Shown here: positions 57,833-64,000 of the stretch, in pieces | Position numbering within the stretch: the stretch's first letter is position 1 | How the letters are laid out: the number at the start of each line of letters is the position of its first letter | Source: an uncultured bacterium | GTDB taxonomy: Bacteria; Patescibacteriota; Minisyncoccia; Phycocordibacterales; DATDWN01 | DNA: 64,000 nt | Assembly: GCA_963727715.1 (NCBI GenBank) | Contig: CAVSGX010000006.1 | Coordinates: 12,632-76,631, forward strand | Direction: 5' to 3' | Position numbers and translations under genes: made by a program | Notes under the pieces: model-generated | Told to the model about the DNA's origin: nothing | The model's input: only the letters and a program-made list of their open reading frames with translations | Database searches by the model: none

Positions 57833-58196
57833 ACAAAATCTCTGTGATTTTTTGCGAGGCTTCAGACTCCCCCATCTCTGGTGGGAGACCAATGATTTTT
57901 ACAGATTTTATTTTGCCGAGCTTCCACAGGTAGCGTAGGTTGGTTAGTGCGTCAAAGTCGTGCATACCGACTCGCGGTGGCGCGGAGAATTTTTCCAGAT
58001 TGTCAAAAACAGTCACATCTTTGATGCCGACAGCTGTGTCTATAATCATTATATTTTCTGGCACATCCCAGTCTTCATTCGGGTCCACAACAACAAATTC
58101 AATGTCAGGAAATTTTTCCGAAAGTTTTGGCAAAATCCTCAGAGGAAGAGAATCTATTTGCAAGTCTTCATTTCCAAATATAAATATTTTTTGCAT
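57831..58196 (-). CDS. hydrogenase maturation endopeptidase (HybD/HycI family)
   Basis: 121 aa; aligns with HybD: IFIFGNEDLQIDSLPLRI (compare ILVLGVGNILLTDEAIGVRI), MIIDTAV (compare IIADAI), GMHDFDALTNLRYL (compare SPHQLGLADVLSAL); the Glu/Asp/His nickel ligand positions are conserved. Confidence 0.6.
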   Translation of the reverse strand: MQKIFIFGNEDLQIDSLPLRILPKLSEKFPDIEFVVVDPNEDWDVPENIMIIDTAVGIKDVTVFDNLEKFSAPPRVGMHDFDALTNLRYLWKLGKIKSVKIIGLPPEMGESEASQKITEIL

Positions 58197-58379
58197 AAAT
58201 TTAAAGTATTATGACTTCCAAAATTTTCTCGGAATATTTTGGGAACCTGTTATATCGTCTGATTTGCAAAAGCGATGCTTTGCAAAATATATTTGCGCAA
58301 ATTTTTTGCTTGTGCTTCACTGATAATTTCACACGGTACCGACCAGTGAAAAGAGACAAGCTGTCCCGGTCTGATTTGT

Positions 58380-59033
58380 TCAATGTCGTACTCCACCTCC
58401 AACCGCCTGACGATTTTTTTCTCCGCCGGCTGGGCCAAAAAAAAGTTTGCCGTTGGTGTATGACAAACTTTCGGTCAAAACAGTGATTTCCGGCCCGCTG
58501 ACTCGCAGAACCTTGCCGAAGTTGACCAAGCATTCATCCATTCTTTCTACTTCATCCAGTTTGTCATTGTGTCCAGACATTTGCCAGATATTGAGCACAT
58601 GAAATGAATGATGAGGCACGGCGCCTTGCCGGATTTTTTCTTCCAACCATTCAAATTCTTTCGGTTTGATTTTTTTCTTGACTCCGAGATCATCGGTCAA
58701 AAATCTGTAAAATCTTTCCAGCTTGTTAGTTTCCAATAACTTATTGCCGAGCCAATAGGCCTCAACTACCCGTTCGTCAAATGGTTCGGCGATTCCATTT
58801 GTTCTGGAAATATATTGCAAGTATGGATAGAGAGTCTTGAATTGTTTAAGCAAAATAGAAATTTCCGGATTTTGCTCACCGTGTTCAATCAAACTTTTTA
58901 ATTCTCTGCTCTGATCGGGTCCACAATAATGCAGACGATTCGGACCGAAAGAATATCGGCTACAACGCACAATACCATCCATAATCTCTTTTTGGCTAAT
59001 CATATCTTTCTGAAATATGGATTTTTTAAACAT
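58380..59033 (-). CDS. hypothetical protein, possibly truncated by a homopolymer frameshift
   Basis: 217-aa ORF; a 62-aa continuation (58250..58438) exists in another frame across A8/T8 runs at 58415..58446. Confidence 0.35.
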   Translation of the reverse strand: MFKKSIFQKDMISQKEIMDGIVRCSRYSFGPNRLHYCGPDQSRELKSLIEHGEQNPEISILLKQFKTLYPYLQYISRTNGIAEPFDERVVEAYWLGNKLLETNKLERFYRFLTDDLGVKKKIKPKEFEWLEEKIRQGAVPHHSFHVLNIWQMSGHNDKLDEVERMDECLVNFGKVLRVSGPEITVLTESLSYTNGKLFFGPAGGEKNRQAVGGGVRH

Positions 59034-59434
59034 TAAATTTTTAATACTCCACTATCGATTTCGTTGTAAACCATTGATGAAATATCACTGATGATTTTGG
59101 AAAGTTTAGCGAAATCCTGGCCCTTAGTCATAATACAAAGAAGATATGGATTTCTCGGGTAATAAATGATGCCACAGTCATGCAGTTCGCGGTAGTCAAC
59201 AGTCGTCATTCCTGTCGTGGTGTTTTTTGTTTCCACTGTTCGCTCGCCGAATTTGTTAGAACTTGGAATATCAGGTGGCAAACCAGCCTCGATTCCTTCC
59301 GGAAAATAAGATTCACTCAAAAGCTGAAGTGCATATTGCGACATGGGTTTGGAGAGGTATGTGGCGTTGTATAGAATCCTGAAAATATAAGAATGAATGT
59401 ATGTGCTGCCTCCATCGGTCGAGAAGGGCCACAA
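59033..59434 (-). pseudogene. C-terminal half of a class-A beta-lactamase-like serine hydrolase, N-terminus replaced at the compositional junction
   Basis: TKNTTTG...HDCGIIYYPRNPYLLCIMTKG parallels the KTG...RGIIAAL...IVVIYTTGS region of class A enzymes; the SxxK and SDN parts are absent; upstream DNA switches to high GC. Confidence 0.5.
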
Positions 59435-59439
59435 GTTGG

Positions 59440-59846
59440 TAATTGATAGCGGATGTATCGCTGGTCGCTGTCCATGTCACAGTATGCGTGCTGCCGGCGC
59501 TCCAGTTTTCACCGCCATTAGGAGAAGTCACCGCCAGCGTCGGAACGGGTTCCAGATAGAGGTCCACCGAATAGCCGGAATAGCCATTGTCCCAGTTGAT
59601 ATACCACCATGTGTACGTGCCATCGTAATAGGAGCTCGAGGCCATGGTGCCTCTCGATCCTTCTGTCTCAGTTGTAACGACTGTTCCGCTGGTACTGTGA
59701 GTCGCGTGAACGACAAGATTGGCAGTGGTTTGTACGCGGCTTCCATTGGAGAATGAATAGGCTCCTGCTTGCAAGATGCTTGCTAAGAAGAGCACGACGG
59801 AGCAAACGAGAATTTGAACACTTTGCTTGATTTTCATGGTTATCAT
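59440..59846 (-). CDS. GC-rich secreted protein fragment (Ser/Thr-rich Kre9/KNH-like domain), C-terminally truncated at the junction
   Basis: signal peptide MKIKQSVQILVCSVVLFLASILQAGA; domain VTSPNGGENWSAGSTHTVTWTATSD; the reading frame turns to nonsense where low-GC DNA begins (~59435). Confidence 0.45.
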
Positions 59847-60435
59847 TTTTCTCTTCCTTCTTTGCGCTCTTGGCCGTTGAAACGGTAGGGGCGTGACCTA
59901 CTCACGCTCCACTACAGGCACTGGCGTGCCCTCAACGGAACGTTTTCAGGCACGCCCGTTCTGGGCGTGCCTCGAATGTGTCCGTTGAGAGAAAGTGCCA
60001 GTTTCGTAGTGGACAGCAGCCGAAGCCGCAAATCTGTTGTTGGTAATATTTTACATTGGTTTTCTTTGCGAACGCTCAAAATTTGTCTTCATTGTTGATG
60101 GTTGGCGTACCGTTCTTCAAAATCGCAATGGTGCGGCGGCGGATGCTGCGTGAAAAACAATGCCTCTTGATTGGTACGTTTGGGGAAATGACCCGCCATG
60201 GAAATCGCCGTCACCGGATACAATCCTTGCCCCAGCTTTGCAACCTCAGCTTCATCGAACCGACCTGCCTGAAAGTCTGTGCCCATCCCAAATTCCGGCT
60301 GTTTTGTTAATTCACCAGCGCCAAAGAACCTGTGTCAGAGGAACAATACGCCGATTCCGAATAATAAATCTTGAGGGAATTCATGTATTCTGTCTCACCA
60401 TATTTTGCTAAATACTCACCGTGGGTTGCAGGACG

Positions 60436-60768
60436 GATTTAGGGAACCCCTGCCCATGAGCCAGTGAGGAACCTGCTCTCCCGGCCCTCCCTCTACAAGC
60501 GTGTGGAGGGGAGGGAGTTTAGGGAACCCCTGCCCATGAGCCAGTGGGGGGCCTCCTCTCCCGCGGCCCTCCCCTCCACAAGTTGTGGAGCGGAGGGAGT
60601 TTGGCGAACCCCTTCCCATGAACCAGTGGGGAACCTCCTCTCCCCGCCCCTCCCCTCCACAAGTGTGTTGAGAGGGGAGGGAGTTTGGGAACCCCCGGCC
60701 ATGAACCGGTGAGGAACCTTCTCTCCCCCGGCCCTCCCCTCCACAAGTGTGTGGAGGGGAGGGAGCAG
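60436..60768. repeat. tandem array, about 4.3 copies of a ~78-bp unit with embedded hairpin
   Basis: unit gggagtttagggaacccctgcccatgagccagtg.ggaacct.ctctccc.gccctcccctccacaagtgtgtggaggggag; units are about 80-90% identical; each holds the palindrome ctcccctccacaag(t)gtgtggaggggag. Confidence 0.8.
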
Positions 60769-60798
60769 AGGAACGCGAAGAATTTTGTCGTGCGCCCG

Positions 60799-61822
60799 TC
60801 ATCGTGTTTTAATCGCGTTAAGTTGCGGGGGCGGGTTTCCAGGCGTCGGCTTCGAGTTCGAAGAGGAGGTCGTCGCGGCAGATGCCGCAGCGGGCGGAGA
60901 CGGCGGGAAGGGAACGGAGGTCGCGGGCGGCACACCAGGCGGGGAATTCGGACTGGCCGGCGGGGTCCTTGAAGTAGGCGGTTGCGCGGGTGATGTCGGC
61001 AAAATCAAAGCCGCGGAGGCGAGGATGACTTCAATGACTTCCATTGTAGTCTGGATTTGCCGGCTCAGGTTGCCGAGCCATAGTGTCTGGCCCCCGGGCG
61101 CAACGCTGGCGGTGCCGGAGATCAAGAGGCGGCGGCCATGCAGGGAGGAGATTTCCATGGCGCGGCTGAAGGAGCTGCCGTAGGCGGTGGCCGGACATTG
61201 CAAGGGGGAGTGGACTTGGGCGATCTGCACGGTGGAGTTGAGGGGTTGAAGCGCCCAAGCGCCGGCGACCAGGGCGGCGCCGGCAGGGTTCTTTGCTGAA
61301 ATGCCGGTGCTGGCGGGCAGGGAGCCGCCGCGGAATTTGACGCGGGAGTAGGCCTCGGTTCTGGCCTGGTTGAAGGGGCCGTACGAAGAGAGGAGGTCGT
61401 CGAGGTAAAAACCAGGTGCGCACGACGTCGCCGAGGGAGAAGTTGGCTCGGGCGAGGGCTGTTTCCAAGTTGGCCAGGGTTTGGCGGAATTGGTCGGGGC
61501 GGGAGGCGGACCCAGGCTGCGGCCCCAAGCCGCCGAGCAGGCAATATCGAATGGCGCCGTCTTCAAAGACGGAACCGACAACGCGGCCGTTGAGGGTGAC
61601 GGGGTGAACGCGGCCGGCGGTGAAAGCGAAGGCCTGCAATCCGGCGATTGGCTCGTTGTTGCAGGCCGCGCCTTCGACCCAGGTGACTGGCCAGTCAATT
61701 TTTCCGAAGACCCGGCGCATGGCATCTTCGGCGGCCGGCCAGGCGCTGAGTGAACCGAAGGCCATCAATTTGACGAGCGTCGAGGAGGAGTCTTTCAAGG
61801 CGAGGGCGAGCCGGCTGAACAT
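60799..61822 (-). pseudogene. tandem RidA (YjgF/UK114) domain protein split across three frames
   Basis: RidA domain 1: DQFRQTLANLETALARANFSLGDVVRTWFL, continuing in another frame as FYLDDLLSSYGPFNQARTEAYS...PAGAALVAGAWAL. RidA domain 2: HGRRLLISGTASVAPGGQTLWLGNLSRQIQTTMEVIEVILASAA, continuing in a third frame as GDITRATAYFKDPAGQSEFPAWCAARDL... Frame switches fall at short homopolymers (~61395, ~60995). Confidence 0.55.
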
Positions 61823-62021
61823 TTGGATAATCCCTTCGCCAGGCAGGGGCTTGACTGTGAAACAGAATTCCGAGCCGCGGGACAGATTGCCGACGGCGGT
61901 TTTTGGACCTGTGATGGAAGCAGGCTTGAGGGATGGGATAATAAGAACGACGGTGGCCTAGACGGCGGCTGTCCGGGAGCGGTTACGAGGGGCGGCGGGT
62001 GCGCGCAGAAGTTGCGCAGGG

Positions 62022-62092
62022 TTGGAGTGGTGGAGTGGTGGAGTGGTGGAGTGGTGGAGTGGTGGAGTGATGGAGTGATGGAGTGGTGGGTG
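62022..62092. repeat. tandem decamer repeat (ggagtggtgg, about 7 copies)
   Basis: read directly in sequence; produces spurious VVEWW-repeat ORFs on both strands. Confidence 0.85.
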
Positions 62093-62615
62093 GCTGGACT
62101 TGACCATCTGCCCATTACTCCAATGCTCCAACACTCCGTTGGGTTTCTGCCGGGAATGGCTTTGCGCGTCATAGAAAAATCATTTGTTGGCTTGATTTAC
62201 CTTGATTTGGCTTGATTTTCAGCCTTCACAGGCTCTGGTTTTTGGGGTGATTTTGAGGGGATCGCGGCGGCTCCCGGAAGAAAGCAGCCTCAAAGAGCGT
62301 TCGGCGGGACGCCGACGGCGGTGATCGGGACGGTCGCGCTCCCAATCCCCAAGCCCCAATCCCCAATGTGCAATGCGCAAACGGTAATGCGGAATGGCGG
62401 GGAAATCCGGCCTTTGAGCCGTTGGCATCCGATATATTGCCTCCTTTCATCACGGGTGAAATAATAGCGGGCAAGCTGGAGTTGTCAACGGGGAAATGAA
62501 AAATATTTTGGGGTGATGATGATAAGGTACTGGCATAGGCAGCGCACAGGGTGGAGAGGTGGGATAATGGGCGGCGCGGCAGCACCGCCCTGCCTGGATT
62601 GCCATATTCGGCATA

Positions 62616-64000
62616 TCAGCCTTTGGATGGCGCGGTCGGCAGGCGGAGGGTGAAGGTGGCGCCGGCGCCGGGCAGGCTGGCGGCTTCGAGGGTGCCGCCG
62701 TGCGCCTCGACAATGGCCTTGGAAATAGCCAGGCCCAGGCCGGTGTGGCCGCCGGTGCCGGAGCGGGCTTTGTCGGCGCGGTAGAATCGCTCGAAGATGC
62801 GGGGCAAGTCCTCTGGGTCAATTCCCGGGCCGGTGTCGCTGACGCTCAAGAAGAGCCCCGTCTCGTTTGCCGCCGGTGATGCGGACCTCGCCGGATTCGC
62901 GGTTGTATTCGATGGCGTTGCTGAGGAGGTTGGTGATGACCTGCCCATGCGTTCGGGGTCGCCGACGCATGGCAAGGGCGGGAGTGCGGAAAGGACTTTC
63001 AGGCGGCGCGCTTCGGCGAGCGGGGCCATCAATTGTTCGCAGTCGCTGACGGTTTGGGACAAGTCGAAGGGGACGCGTTTGAGGGATTCCTGGCCGGCGT
63101 CGAGCCTGGCGAGTTCGAGGAGGGATTCTGTGAGCTTGCGCATTCGTTGTGCAGCGCGGAGGCATGTTTCGACGGTGGCGCGATATTCCGCGGCGCCGCG
63201 CTCGCGGTTGAGGATGGTCTGAGTCTGGGCGAGCATGACGGTGATGGGAGTGCGCAATTCGTGGGCGGCGTCGGAAGTGAATTGTTGTTGCTGTGCGAAG
63301 GCGGCTTCAAGGCGGGCGAAGGTGGAATTAAGAACGGCCGCCAGACGGCCCAGTTCGCTGTCGGTGTCGGCGGCGCTGATGCGCTGGGAAAGGTCGCCGG
63401 CGGCGATTTTGACGGCGGTGGAGCTGATGCCTTCGATGGGCCGGATGGCGCGGGAGGCCACACCACCAACCGCCGGTCAAGCCGAGCAACAGGACGATGC
63501 CGCCGGCGCCGGCCAGTTCCCACGCCAGGAGGCGCAGGCCGGCGAGTTCCTCTGCAAGGGAGCGACCGAGCAGGACGACGCCCCTGCCCGGCGTGGCGCG
63601 GGCAAGTTCGCGGAAGACGCCGCGCATTTGGGGTTCTGGCGGCGGTTGGGCGGCTCCGGCGGCAGCGGCAGCGGCGGCGGCGGCGGCGGGTCCGGCGGTT
63701 GCGGCGGCGACAGCGGCTTTGGTTGCGGCGGCGACAGCGGCGGCTCCGGCGGCGGCGGCGGCGGCAGGATAGGGCACATCGCGCGGCGCGGCTTCGGAGC
63801 GGGCCACTTCCTTGCCGTCCGCAAAGACCACATAGTAAAAAGAATTGGTCTCGCTGCCGAACAGGCCCATCTGGTCAGGTGCGAGATAGAATAGAAATCC
63901 CGGGGTGGGCTGGCCAGGAAATCCCCACTCTCCCGGCGTACCGCCATTGGTAAAATCAGCGCCCCAGATCACCACCACCGCCCCAACCGCCCCAATCACC
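62616..64000 (-). CDS. sensor histidine kinase (partial, continues past the window end; one internal frameshift)
   Basis: HAMP (GDLSQRI...ELGRLA), HisKA H-box AAHELRTPITV, HATPase_c (DTGPGIDPEDLPRIFERFYRAD...GLGLAISKAIVEAHGG) in 62616..63461. The N-terminal sensor part with a poly-Ala/GCG-repeat tract continues in a different frame (63328..63999), switching near 63465. Confidence 0.65.

Noticed and set aside
60436-60768. Possible CRISPR array (regularly spaced palindromic repeats)
   Set aside because: The 'spacers' are about 80% identical to one another and the repeat part varies too. It is a tandem duplication of a ~78-bp unit, not repeat-spacer architecture. No cas genes are nearby.
61823-62215. 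130-aa ORF with VVEWW repeats
   Set aside because: It is produced by translating the ggagtggtgg decamer tandem repeat. It has no independent coding evidence.
60416-63999. Multiple long Pro/Arg/Ala-rich ORFs in all frames of the GC-rich tail (e.g. 60519..60935, 61122..61544, 63029..63523, 63033..63953)
   Set aside because: High GC suppresses stop codons, so long spurious ORFs are expected. Only the segments with recognisable RidA and histidine-kinase motifs were kept.

Overview
Most of the window (1..~59400) is a low-GC (~35-45%) segment whose gene content looks like a small-genome, CPR/Patescibacteria-like bacterium. This attribution rests on my reading of protein motifs, not on a database search. 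Gene content in that segment:

- a peptidoglycan cluster (murG-ftsW-mraY plus an AsnB-type amidotransferase);
- the grpE-dnaK chaperone locus;
- a ribosomal block (rpsI-rplM-rplQ-rpoA-rpsD-rpsK-rpsM-rpmJ-infA);
- a truncated alaS, a family-4 UDG, NUDIX, HD hydrolase, mnmA, mltG, holB, mreB, priA-def-fmt, hpf;
- a fermentation/redox island: NifS-NifU-Nfu, ferredoxin, FAD oxidoreductase, ADP-forming acetyl-CoA synthetase, 2-oxoacid:ferredoxin oxidoreductase beta and alpha, an SDR, a two-subunit [NiFe] hydrogenase and its maturation protease.

The most unusual part is a mobile-DNA hotspot at ~32.8-41.4 kb. A tRNA-Asn(GUU) gene is split in its anticodon loop by a ~600-nt group I intron carrying an HNH homing-endonuclease ORF. 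The tRNA 3' end is abutted by a ~1.7-kb element with 130-bp terminal inverted repeats and a frameshifted large serine recombinase. That element directly abuts a second ~6.2-kb cassette with 165-bp terminal inverted repeats, carrying an HTH regulator, an intact unknown 307-aa gene and a decayed Type III restriction-modification system (mod and res pseudogenes).

Other recurrent elements:

- a three-copy family of ~185-bp palindromic intergenic elements whose copies carry compensatory substitutions;
- a GIY-YIG (UPF0213-like) gene bounded by inverted repeats in the porB-porA intergenic space, plus a solo inverted-repeat hairpin of the same family in the acd-porB space.

At ~59.4 kb the composition switches abruptly to ~65-70% GC. 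The junction falls inside a beta-lactamase-like gene. The GC-rich tail contains frameshifted genes (tandem RidA-domain protein, sensor histidine kinase) and tandem repeats. I read this as a chimeric join or low-quality foreign segment rather than native context.
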